A program made the position numbers and the translations under genes. Shown piece after piece: positions 13,779 through 29,774 of a stretch of 64,000 nt of DNA. Below the pieces are notes generated by a model. It had not been told where the DNA came from. It worked only from the letters and a program-made list of their open reading frames with translations, and did not search any database. Origin of the DNA: Eledone cirrhosa (lineage: Eukaryota); the NCBI GenBank assembly GCA_964016885.1, contig OZ024740.1, forward strand, positions 306,528,001 to 306,592,000. Reading direction: 5' to 3'. Every line of letters begins with the position of its first letter. Position 1 is the stretch's first letter.

Positions 13779-13861
13779 ACCAGTCTGAGGAGCAGGTCGA
13801 TACTGGAGTCGGGTCCATAACTCCTATGGGTCACCTTGAGCTAATCCTCTGTAAAACAGGT
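13779..13861 (+). ncRNA. Hammerhead family H1, decayed copy
   Basis: Same 5' part as 6257, but CGAAAC has become TAAAAC and stem III with the cleavage triplet is deleted. Confidence 0.7.
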
Positions 13862-13870
13862 CGATTCGCA

Positions 13871-13927
<57 letters not shown>

Positions 13928-14085
13928 AAAGTTCTATTTAAATGGTTGGGATACAACAAGCAAATATTTTTATAACTGATATAAAGCACTCGACTAGTAT
14001 TTGACTATCCCGATGTCTTCCAAAAGTAACGGTTGCATTTTGAAAGGGTATGTCAATTTTTATTTATAAAACTGGTATATATTGT

Positions 14086-14148
14086 ATTTTGTCTGATGAA
14101 AGCATACCATAATTTAACATGGTATCCTTGAAATATGTATAATGAAAT
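14086..14148 (+). ncRNA. Type I hammerhead ribozyme, family H2
   Basis: attttgt-CTGATGA-AAGcATACCAT/ATGGTATcCTT-GAAA-tatgt-ATA-atgaaat. Confidence 0.8.
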
Positions 14149-14240
14149 AGATATGGTTTTATAAATATAGTTTCCATTTGTTAATATCGTATACATATAT
14201 ATATATATAAATAAGAGATTAAAGTTTAAGCAAAGAATCG

Positions 14241-14324
<84 letters not shown>

Positions 14325-14455
14325 GTGAGGTTTTTTACAAAATGAAAAATAACCGAGGTGTCCTACACGAGTGAAAGTATAAAGAAAAAGAGATGAAATC
14401 GAAAATACAACTGGAGTCTTATTTAAAAAAAAAATATATATATATTTATTTGGTT

Positions 14456-14493
14456 CCTTTGCCGGTTTCGCAGTTCTTCTGCTTTTCAAAAGG
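14456..14493 (-). ncRNA. Hammerhead family H3 (U3-A8), cleavage triplet mutated
   Basis: cctt-TTGAAAA-GCAG-aagaa-CTGC-GAAAC-CG-GCA-aagg (GTA>GCA). Confidence 0.65.
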
Positions 14494-14524
14494 TGAGTTG
14501 AGATGGAGGGTCTGTGGTTTTTCT

Positions 14525-14583
<59 letters not shown>

Positions 14584-14734
14584 CGATTCTTTGCTTAAAC
14601 TTTAATCTCTTATTTTAATAAATATTTGCTCTACGGTTCTTATATATTTGATATATATTTATCCTTATCGAGCCCTCTTGGGATTTTAGTCTTCAAATTT
14701 ATTATTATTACTATATATATATATATATATATAT

Positions 14735-14885
<151 letters not shown>

Positions 14886-14892
14886 ATATATG

Positions 14893-16855
14893 AATTATAA
14901 GGGATATAATATAGTGTCTAAACTAGAACTTCAGAGGCATACACAACCATACACCCCAAACCCCCTTAGATTCTCTCTGAAGGATCATAAGGAGGACTTC
15001 ATTAGCAACCCCTCGATTAGACTTATCTGCCCTTCCAAGTCCGACATTGGCATTATCAGCAAGAAAATTTTAGATAAAATCATCCCACAAATTAAACACA
15101 AGATACACCTTAAACAATGGGGAAATACGGGTGAAGTTATTGAATGGTTCAAAGATATCAAGAATAACAAGGACAAAAAATGTATTCAATTTGATATCAA
15201 TTCATACTACACCTCTATTTCCCCTATCCTATTAAATAAGGCACTAATCATGGCCATGAACAATAGCGACCTGACTAGAACCCAGATTGATGTCATCCTT
15301 GCGGCCCGTAAAACCATAATCACCTTTGAGGACCAACTATGGACCCGCAAGGATACGCACAACAACTTCGACATAACCATGGGGTCTAGTGACTCGGCGC
15401 AGGTCACTGATTTGGTCGGCCTATACTTACTTAATGAAATCCATAAGGACCTCCCATACCTCAACGGTGGTTTGTACCGCGATGATGCACTTCTACTTAT
15501 AGAATATAAAAAATTCAATATAGAAAGAACTAGAAAACTATTGCACAAGACATTCAAAAACTTTAATCTTAGTATCACCATGAACAAAAACACTAAAAAC
15601 GTTAACTTCCTAGACGCCACACTATACCTTGACTCAAAAATATATACACCTTTCCATAAGCCTAACGAAAAACTCATTTACGTGGATACCAAGTCTAATC
15701 ACCCTAGATCAATATTAAACTCTATCTCTAAGGGGGTATCCAATAGAATCTCTAATCTATCCTATGACGCAAACATATTTAGCAAAAACTCGCAATATTA
15801 TAATCAAGCATTAGCTAGATCCGGCCATAATATAGAGATTGAGTTCCTACCTAAGAAAACACATAGCTACAACATCATCTCGCACAATATGTCCATGGGG
15901 AAACCACACGCACACTAAAGCAGAGGGTGCCATCAAAAGTAACCATTACCACAGAAACTACCGTAGTACCTTAGGAGGAAACAACACACCACACACTAAA
16001 AACAAAAATAGAAGAAGAAATAATACATTTTTCAACCCTCCTTTCAACCTAAACGTCTCCACCAACATACCTAGGGCTTTCTTCTCACTACTAGATAAAA
16101 ACTTCCCTCTAGGACACAAGTACCATAACCTTTTAAACAAAAACACTATTAAAATCTCATACTCTACGACGCCTAACTTAGCATACCACATAGCTAGCAG
16201 CAATAAAAGTAAAATTAATTCCTACTTCCAACAAACGAAATCGCAACAGGAGGTAAACATTCAAAATACCTCTGTAGCAAGCAACCCTAATAACGGCAGT
16301 AATAATAGAAATAACACTAGCATAAGCAATAACACCGGGGTCGACAACCCGAATGTCCAAAATGCTATAGCTACCACTCGGACTTCTGCACAGCATTATA
16401 ACCAGCAGACTAACACCCAGAATAATTGTAACTGTAGAGCAAATAGAACCTGCCCTTTAGATAAAAAATGCCTAACCAAGGATATCATATACTCATGTAC
16501 CGTCACAACTAGCAACTCTTCAGAAACCTATGTAGGCTCCACTTCTAACTGCTTCAAAATCATATATAATTCGCACATCCACTCGTTCAAAAAGCACAGT
16601 CTAGCCAGCTCCACATCACTATCTAGCTACATACACTATCTAAAAACTAAAAATAAACCTTACACACTCAAATGGGAAGTGATAGGTAGCGCGACTTCGT
16701 ACAAACCACCTAATAAATTTTGTAACCTCTGTATACTAGAGACCCACACTATTATCTTCTCTAACCGTAACCTACTTAACAAAAAATCTGAAGTGTTTGC
16801 AACTTGCCAGCACCGCTTCAGACATTCCTTCCAAAACTTTAGGCCCAATATATAG
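14893..16855 (+). pseudogene. PLE reverse transcriptase + C-terminal GIY-YIG endonuclease, one frameshift near 15900
   Basis: RT motifs IQFDINSYYTSI, ITMGSSDSAQV, GLYRDDA and VNFLDATL; CNCR..CPL..KC followed by IIYSC...YVGST and a C-terminal CNLC. Confidence 0.92.
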
Positions 16856-18267
16856 CAATGTCGGACTTGAACCAGACACCAACTCTAGCATCAAACACCA
16901 GGGGCACACCTTATACCACATCCCCACACTCATTGATCTAATATAACACTAATCGGGACACCCCTCTAGAACCCTTCATAGTAGGAATACCCCTTTGTAC
17001 TTCTACTTTAGGTTTGACTACATCCAGTTGCTTGAACTGCACTACACCACTTTATAGTTAATGTAAAATTTAAGCATTGGATTGATTGTATTGTTGGAGC
17101 TATGCGGAGGAAGTGCCATCGTTGGATAAATGGAAAACTAATTAATCTAGTAACGTTGATGAGCTGTACGTTGGTATGCTGAGTGCAGTGAATGTATTGC
17201 AAGTGGCGTATGGGTTGTACATATATGTATGATTTGATGGTCAGATTAGTGACATGAGGAGTGTGAATTGACCTCTGGTCTGCCCTGGTGATGATTATCT
17301 ATCGACATCTAATATAGCATGCACTGACCCGGAACTTACCAGGGATCATTGTGTGTTGAAGTGATTCTGCAATCACCTTGCCTGGTTCTATGAGTAGACT
17401 ACAATCACAGTGATCATTAATTTAGAAATCTCGCTCGTCGTGTATAATATTCATTTGTGGCACTCTACGATGAAGGATAATCACCATAATAGGAACACCT
17501 TCAGCACAGCTTAATAGACTACATTATAGTTAAGACACTTTAAATTTGTAGAAACTGCGCATAACCATTTAAGTTAGGAACTATTTTGAGACACAATTTA
17601 ATAGTTAGTAATAGAAACCACTGACTTACCTCCCCTCATGCATTAACCCCCCTTAGCCCCACACACATTTCCGGGTAATATTTCAATGTCGATTCTCACA
17701 ACGTAACAACCTCCTGTATTGAGCATCAGACTACGATTCTCTAACTGGATTGTCAAACGCCCAATATCGAATCGTCGTGGATTATGTGAGGGGCATATAA
17801 TCTGAAAAATACGCTCCCCAGACTATGAAAATGTTGCAGTGCATGAAATCCATATCTTCGCTTCGCTACGCATTTCCAATATTTTTAATGCTTACATTAT
17901 TTTTAATACTTATATTATTTCTCCACGCACAGGCTATAACAATCATATAAAGAATTCATTACCAGATCAACCCCCTTAACACTCTTGATTACCTGCTTAA
18001 GTGCTTCTATTACACGTAACTCTCTGCCACACTATATAAACAAGACGCACGTGCTTGCCACAAGTATAACCATTGCACTCTATAACCGGTTAATTTCATG
18101 TATTTTAACCTGTATTTTTGATTGTAGCTTTTAATATGAATGTAATCTCTAAATGTGTACTGCCACACTAAATGCTGTAATGAATGTTGACCCACAATAT
18201 TTGCATATGTATCTGTATGTCTCTTGGGTGAAAAGGAGGTCATATAAGTGTTCATTCAATAATAAAT

Positions 18268-18314
18268 TGCTCCGAAGAATTCAAACCTCGGTTTGGAGGA
18301 AACAGTTGTAAGCA
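18268..18314 (+). ncRNA. Hammerhead-like motif in PLE 3' end (C4 variant)
   Basis: tgct-CCGAAGA-aTTCAAACC-tc-GGTTTGGAg-GAAAC-agtt-GTA-agca. Confidence 0.7.
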
Positions 18315-18821
18315 TAAAAATGTTTTGAACAGTTCTTTGATTCTTATAATTCATATAACTGCTCTGTAAATCATCTGATGTTATTACATTGAGCTATTTA
18401 ACTTACTGGTAATAAGGTAGTAATATATTACTGCCTACCACTATTTAGGATTTATAAAAATATATATAACTACAAAAGGTTTTTGTATTTGCATAACCAT
18501 AGATAGTATACTTAATACTATTATACTTAATACTTAATACTATATATATATATATATATATAGTAATAATAATAAATTTGAAGACTAAAATCCAAAGAGG
18601 GCTCGATAAGGATAAATATATATCAAATATATAAGAACCGTAGAGCAAATATTTATTAAAATAAGAGATTAAAGTTTAAGCAAAGAATCGCTATATATAT
18701 ATATTTATTAAAATAACAGATTAAAGTTTAATAAATATTTGCTCTACTGTTCTTATATATTTGATATATATTTATCCTTATCGAGCCTTCTTTGGATTTT
18801 AGTCTTCAAATTTATTATTAT

Positions 18822-20612
<1,791 letters not shown>

Positions 20613-21274
20613 ACATATATATATATACTATTCAGTTGAATAGGCTCGGCTGCTATTTCTGGCTGTCGATGGTCCTATTCACGCCACTGGGATGGCGTTG
20701 TTCAACGAGTGTATTTTTAAAAAAAATGCAACACGTGGTTCGAATCATTCAGAGATTTGCATTTGCTTTGTAAACCCAGATAGTTATTTTTCTTCTCCTT
20801 TGGTGAACATCCAAGAATTTAACTGCTGTGATTTACGGATTAATATGTGAAATATATTTCTTACTTAAAGAAATATATACAAAGGAGATTATTCATTTTA
20901 AAAGGTATATTTGAAGTTCTAGTCAAACTTTAATTAGTTACCTACCTGGCTATGTGTGCCTACATTCTTTAGAAATTATTCCCTGTGATTGTTTCATGTA
21001 TTTATTATATATATATATGTCATTCTATTTCTAGTTGATATGTAATGCTCGGATCTAATCTTTGAGCTTATTCTACGGTGGATATGGCGCATGTCTCTCA
21101 GCCATGACAACCCTTAATTTTAATTTTGGATATATATATATATATATAGGTTGGTAGTATGATGAAATACTGGTGTTGGTACCAAATCAAGCTCTCTCTG
21201 CAGGGGCGGAGTGTATATGATAGAAAAAAATGAGGAAGTTTCGTTTACATATGAAAAATATTTATTGCGAATCG

Positions 21275-21366
21275 ACCTGTTACGCGCGTTTTACAGAGGA
21301 TTGGCACAAGGTAACCCATAGGAGTTATGGACCCGACTCCAGTATCGACCTGCTCCTCAGACTGGT
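21275..21366 (-). ncRNA. Hammerhead family H1, G12>A decayed copy
   Basis: Reverse complement of the 6257 unit (extends 21148-21380); TAAAACGCGCGTA replaces CGAAACGCGCGTA. Confidence 0.72.
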
Positions 21367-21418
21367 AATGTGACAAAAGATATATATATGTATATATAGG
21401 TATATATATGTATATATA

Positions 21419-21505
<87 letters not shown>

Positions 21506-21638
21506 GTGAGGTTTTTTTTACAAAATGAAAAATAACGGAGGTGTCCTACACGAGTGAAAGTATAAAGAAAAAGAGATGAAATCGAAAATACAACTGGAGT
21601 CTTATTTTTAAAAAAAATATATATATATTTATTTGGTT

Positions 21639-21676
21639 CCTTTACCGGTTTCGCAATTCTTCTGCTTTTCAAAAGG
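21639..21676 (-). ncRNA. Hammerhead family H3 (U3-A8)
   Basis: cctt-TTGAAAA-GCAA/TTGC-type stem II: minus strand cctt-TTGAAAA-GCAG-aagaa-TTGC-GAAAC-CG-GTA-aagg. Confidence 0.75.
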
Positions 21677-21751
21677 TGAGTTGAGATGGAGGGTCTGTGG
21701 TTTTTCTCACATCTGATGTGAGAAAAACCACAGACCCTCCATCTCAACTCA

Positions 21752-21789
21752 CCTTTTGAAAAGCAGAAGAACTGCGAAACCGGTAAAGG
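21752..21789 (+). ncRNA. Hammerhead family H3 (U3-A8), best copy
   Basis: CCTT-TTGAAAA-GCAG-aagaa-CTGC-GAAAC-CG-GTA-AAGG; all three stems pair. Confidence 0.78.
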
Positions 21790-21859
21790 AACCAAATAAA
21801 TATATATATTAAAAAAAAAAAATAAGACTCCAGTTGCATTTTCGATTTCATCTCTTTTT

Positions 21860-21900
<41 letters not shown>

Positions 21901-21946
21901 TAGCCGTCGAAACGGCTTGAGCTCAGCCGTCGGGGTCTTACTTGTT

Positions 21947-23105
<1,159 letters not shown>

Positions 23106-23162
23106 TATAGTTAAAGAAAGAATAGTAACATGGTTGGCTGTACAATAAGGGTTTTATTCAAA

Positions 23163-23273
23163 TTGCTGACAATTGTTTTGTTGATTTGTTGCGTCTAGAG
23201 TTCGCTAATCGCTTGATGCTGCGTCAAGCGATCTCCTATACGTTGTTTACAACCAGTCAACACATCAGTGCAA
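23163..23273 (-). ncRNA. Decayed hammerhead with extended stem II at the end of a probable PLE 3' UTR relic
   Basis: ttgca-CTGATGT-GTTGAc...aTCAAC-AAAAC-AATT-GTC-agcaa, followed by AATAAA; two core substitutions. Confidence 0.6.
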
Positions 23274-23949
23274 GTGGATACGAAAATAATACGCAAGGCA
23301 TGGCTTTTATAGAAGAGTGGTGTTAAACTAAAACAATAACATCAGTAACAAAATAGCTATGTAGCGAATAATTAAAACAATAACATCAATAATAAAACAC
23401 GCATGGTAAATAAACAGAGATGATACAGATGTATGAAGTGACATGCGAAATCTAAGATAGGGTACATTAAAAGTAGATAAAGGAATAAAATAATAAAATG
23501 TACTTAGAGTCAGACTTTAGGGTCTCAACTGTAAGTTCAATTATGGGAGATTTAGATACAAATGAGCTGTGGGTCTGAAAAATGAACAACAATAAAACGG
23601 AGATTAATTTATGGTTTGACAGATAAATGCTTGTAGTAGATATTTCCTAGTGAGATTGATGGAGCGAGTGTATAGAGATGGTTCTATGGTAGTTGGTATT
23701 AAGTGAAATTGTGGATTCAGTATGTTAAGGTTTAGGTGGTTTAGTCCAAATTTTGGGACTGCTGGTTCGAATCATGGGAGGTTTAAGTTTCGTAACATCA
23801 ATAACAAAATAGCGTATAATTAAAATAATAACATGAATAATAAATGCATGGTAAATAGATAGAGAATGTGGCAAATAAAATCAAGGATAGGGTACATTGA
23901 AATGATAATAATAATAAGAAGAAAATAAAAGTTACAGTATGTATATATG

Positions 23950-24007
<58 letters not shown>

Positions 24008-24295
24008 TTAGTTAAGCAAAACAAGACCACAAATTTCACAAGGAAGACATTATTAAAAGATTGTCAACGTATTTTAGTTTGATGTAAGGTATGTAGAGAA
24101 TAATAATAATATTAATAATAATAATAAAGCCATCTTGTTACCCATAGGCAGATCTCACACAATGCAGCCTCGACAGATGAATACTGCTTGATTATGGCTG
24201 ACAACTGATACAACCAAGACACCATAGTAAAAACCAATATATAGAACATTATATTATGTAACCTATCCCATTATTTTAATTTATATTCCTTTGAA

Positions 24296-24415
24296 GTTCC
24301 GATGAGCCACTCTGTTTTTTAAATATGTTAATTATTTTCAACTGAACCAGATCAATTATGATATATAGTCATCTGATCCAGAAATATTATATGCAGTAGT
24401 GAAACAATTGTAAAC
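24296..24415 (+). ncRNA. Hammerhead-like motif (C4 variant, long stem II)
   Basis: gtt-CCGATGA-GCCACT...AGTAGT-GAAAC-AATT-GTA-aac, enclosed by inverted repeats 24001-24125 / 24419-24544. Confidence 0.6.
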
Positions 24416-24705
24416 GGACATTATTATTATTAATATTATTATTATTATTCTCTACATTCCTTACATCAAACTAAAATATGTTGACAATCTTTTAATAATG
24501 TCTTCCTTGTGAAATTTGTGGTCTTTTGCTTAACTAATGAATATTTCCAGCTCTGCGCACCTAACTTCTGCATGAACCCAGCCACCTAGCTGCTTTCTAC
24601 TGCATATTGCACATTGAGCACATGCCTTTACGCTTTGGCTTCTAACTAACTCACCAATCTCTCCTCTCCTATCTCCATCTCTCTCTTTAAGATTGGTTAC
24701 TCTTG

Positions 24706-24812
<107 letters not shown>

Positions 24813-25079
24813 AGAAAAAGAGAGAATCAGTGTTGCGACGAATGGAATTTATTGGACATATTACAATCGTTTCTCTGGCGACCAGCTCGACGCACGATCG
24901 ATGTGATGATCGAATCTGACTCTGATACGCCTTGATTCTACGATCGTAATATGTCCAATAAATTCCATTCGTCGCAACACTGAGTCTCTTTTTTTCTGTG
25001 ATATCATACTCTGCTCTATGAGAGCATCGAGTGCTCATACGGCCTACCGCATACGGACGCTTTACGCATCCAACACCAA

Positions 25080-26549
<1,470 letters not shown>

Positions 26550-26795
26550 ATATGTGTTCCTTCACGCACAAGGCGCTAAGGTACGCATGTATTGTCCAAC
26601 CAAATGCCAGTGTGGTTCAATGGCAGGTTAATAAATTAACGAGCCAGAACAAATATAAACAAGGTTTAGCAAATAATAAAAAAGTTTCAAAATAAATTTT
26701 AAAAAATTGACTTTACCTACTATAGTTACCTTTACCGATCGGTTTCGAATCCCAAAAATAAACGGAGACCATACGGCCTTCGTTGCATTATTTGC

Positions 26796-26851
26796 ACTGT
26801 CCTTAATGTCTACTTTATGTAAACCCTTGTGGTTAATAAAGAAATCATTAT
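26796..26851 (+). mobile_element. Extreme 3' end of the L1/Tx1 family
   Basis: tgcactgtccttaatgtctactttatgtaaacccttgtggttaataaagaaatcattat matches 40643-40701. Confidence 0.9.
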
Positions 26852-27195
26852 TTGCTAAACCTTGTTTATATTTGTTCTGGCTCGTTAATTTATTAACCTG
26901 CCATTGAACCACACTGGCACTTGGTTGGACAATACATGCGTACCTTAGCGCCTTGTGCGTGAAGGAACACATATCCTATTATTACTACTCTCCTCTAAGT
27001 TGAGAACAAATTTTGTCGCTCCGACTGCTGCTAGTGATAGCTGCGGCTGGTTTGACCTACCTCCTTCTGCCTCTATCTTTACTTCGGCCCTTGATAAATC
27101 TGTTTCTACATCATCCACTCTCATCCCAGGAACAGTTTTGATAGCGCTAGTTCGTAATTTAAATTCAGGAATTTTATATTCTTCGAATGAAAAGA

Positions 27196-27279
27196 ACCTT
27201 CTGACGAGAATCTTTCTTTGCAACGAAGGCCGTATGGTCTCCGTTTTATTTTTGGGATTCGAAACCGATCGGTAAAGGT
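27196..27279 (+). ncRNA. Canonical type I hammerhead ribozyme, family H4
   Basis: ACCTT-CTGACGA-GAATCT...GGATTC-GAAAC-CGATCG-GTA-AAGGT. The core is perfect and stem III is palindromic (ACCGATCGGT); predicted cleavage after 27274. Confidence 0.9.
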
Positions 27280-27385
27280 AACTATAGTAGGTAAAGTCAA
27301 TTTTTTAAAATTTATTTTGAAACTTTTTCATTATTTGCTAAACCTTGTTTATATATACATATATATATATGTATGTATATATATA

Positions 27386-27469
<84 letters not shown>

Positions 27470-27477
27470 CATATATA

Positions 27478-27530
<53 letters not shown>

Positions 27531-27538
27531 CATATATA

Positions 27539-27629
<91 letters not shown>

Positions 27630-27888
27630 GACGGCGATGAATTTGTTTTTGCGAGGTTTTTTATATGAAATCGTGTGTCGAAACAAATATTGTTATACTT
27701 GGGGAGGGTCATATTGTTGTAATAATATTGCCAGAAATAATAACAGAACACACTCACTGTTTGGTTGGTTTTCGCTTCTGTATCTTTTATATCTCTACAG
27801 CTAATTCATTCGGTCCTTAATGTTTACCATTGACTGACCAACGGTTAAAAATACAGATATAATATAGATATAAACACATATATATAGT

Positions 27889-27934
27889 GTAACAAAGTTC
27901 TTTCGTTGCACATCTGCAACATCATCAGTGGTAC
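27889..27934 (-). ncRNA. Hammerhead family H5 (extra U after A9)
   Basis: gtacca-CTGATGA-T-GTTGCA-gatg-TGCAAC-GAAAG-aa-CTT-tgttac. Confidence 0.65.
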
Positions 27935-28035
27935 TATTAAACGCATGCGCAGAGAAGAAGACAAAAATAAATAAATAAACAAACAGATAAAATAAAAATG
28001 GCGTAGAAACACAATACAGCAGGAGGAACATAATA

Positions 28036-28081
28036 GTACCACTGATGATGTTGCAGATGTGCAACGAAAGAAATTTGTTAG
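28036..28081 (+). ncRNA. Hammerhead family H5, inverted partner copy
   Basis: gtacca-CTGATGA-T-GTTGCA-gatg-TGCAAC-GAAAG-aa-ATT-tgttag; stem III has a mismatch. Confidence 0.55.
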
Positions 28082-28319
28082 ACTATATATATGTGTTTAT
28101 ATCTATATTTTATCTGTATTTTTGACCGTTGGTCAGTCAATGGTAAACATTGAGGACCGAATGAATTAACTGTAGGGATATAAAAGATACAGAAGCGAAA
28201 ACCAACCAAACACTGAGTGTGTTATGTTATTATTTCTGGCAATATTATTACAACAATATGACCCTCCCCAAGTATAACAATATATATATATATATATATA
28301 TACATAGGTATATATACAT

Positions 28320-29270
28320 ATATTCACAAACTGAATAAAAGTAGGAGTCGCAAGTTATTATAACAAAATATTGTTATGCTTCTTACATCATTGATATAGG
28401 ATCTTCAGAGAATGTGTATTTGTTTGTACAAGTGTCAATCAAAGTTTGTATAACCAGCCAAACTGGGTGAAAATACATTCATAGCAGGGTTTGATATTGA
28501 CGGGAATTTATGTCGCAGTGCATTGTAAACAACCTGCAATGGTGGCTGTAAAGGGGACATAATAATAAAAGGAGGTAACTGTACGGTGAATAAGTTGAAA
28601 AGTACCGTAAGGAAATTATTGCATTTGCTAGCTAGAGAAATGATTTAGCTGAGTGGATTTAATGTGGTAAGTGTTGGGTGGTAACTAGGTTCATGTTATG
28701 TTACTGGGCATCAACATCATTAGTTAAGACATTCTGGCTAATCTGTTAAAAGAAGCTAGTATAGGTTGTATAGCTGAAGCTAAAGTTGAGATAGATGGTT
28801 ACATTGGGTCGAGTGACCAGTTATAGAACGGGTGCTGTAGTCCGTGGTGGCAGTTTATAACAGTTTCTGCCCTCTATTAATAAGTGTGGGGGTTAGCTTA
28901 CTATATAGTATGTTTCCATCAGGCATAACTGACATTTCTTTTTAAAGTTGTTAGGCGCTGTTCGATCTATTATACTCCACTGGGTAGTGCAGCTTATGTC
29001 AGATTCAATTAATTGGTGTGATTTAGCTAGCAAGAGAGGTTGAGCACCTGAGTTTCCTATCCTAAATGAGTGGAGGTGCGATCTAAATCTGGTCTTGAAC
29101 TTATTAGAGGTGGCACCAATGTAAGATTTGGTGATATTGTTGGTAGTCACTGTGCAATTGTAAATAACATTTTTAATCAGGCAGTGGCCCTGGAGTGGGC
29201 AGTTTTTAGGGGTTCTGCAGTTGCAATATTTATTGCTGTTATTTCTAGTGTGCTAGGAGTCCCTGCTATC
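28320..29270 (-). pseudogene. PLE 3' relic (GIY-YIG domain + 3' UTR)
   Basis: CNCRTPKNCPLQGHCLIKNVIYNC...SYIGATSNKFKTRF...CQLCLME; homologous to 16420-16800. Confidence 0.85.
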
Positions 29271-29338
<68 letters not shown>

Positions 29339-29740
29339 AGCTGCATTTATCTTGCTTTTTGTTCATACGAGTTATCACCAAGTCACAACCAGTGACCTCA
29401 AGAGACAACAAGGTCCGCCATGTTCAAGAAAGAATATACATACTCACACATGCATCTTTAGGTGTTTTGACTTGTGATGTACTTATATTGACAGAATCTT
29501 CCTTAGTATATGGGCAGTTCCCATTAGTACTATCTTTTATATTTCTCCTATACGCGGGTTTCCTGGGATTTGCGATAAGTAATCATTAGACCCCTTAGGT
29601 ATCATTCCTAGAGCGCCTACAACCAGTGGTATTGTTTTAGTTCTCAATTTCCACATTTTTCCAATTTCTATCTCCAGGTCCTTATACTTGCTCAATTTTT
29701 CAAATGTTTTTATAGATACATTCTTGTCTATTGGAACGGA

Positions 29741-29741
<1 letters not shown>
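29271..29741 (-). pseudogene. R4/Dong-like 3' relic with (TAA)n tail
   Basis: MSVPIDKN...EKLSKYKDLEIEI.KMW...IPLVVGALG endonuclease C-terminus; (TAA)n at 29271-29337. Confidence 0.85.
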
Positions 29742-29774
<33 letters not shown>

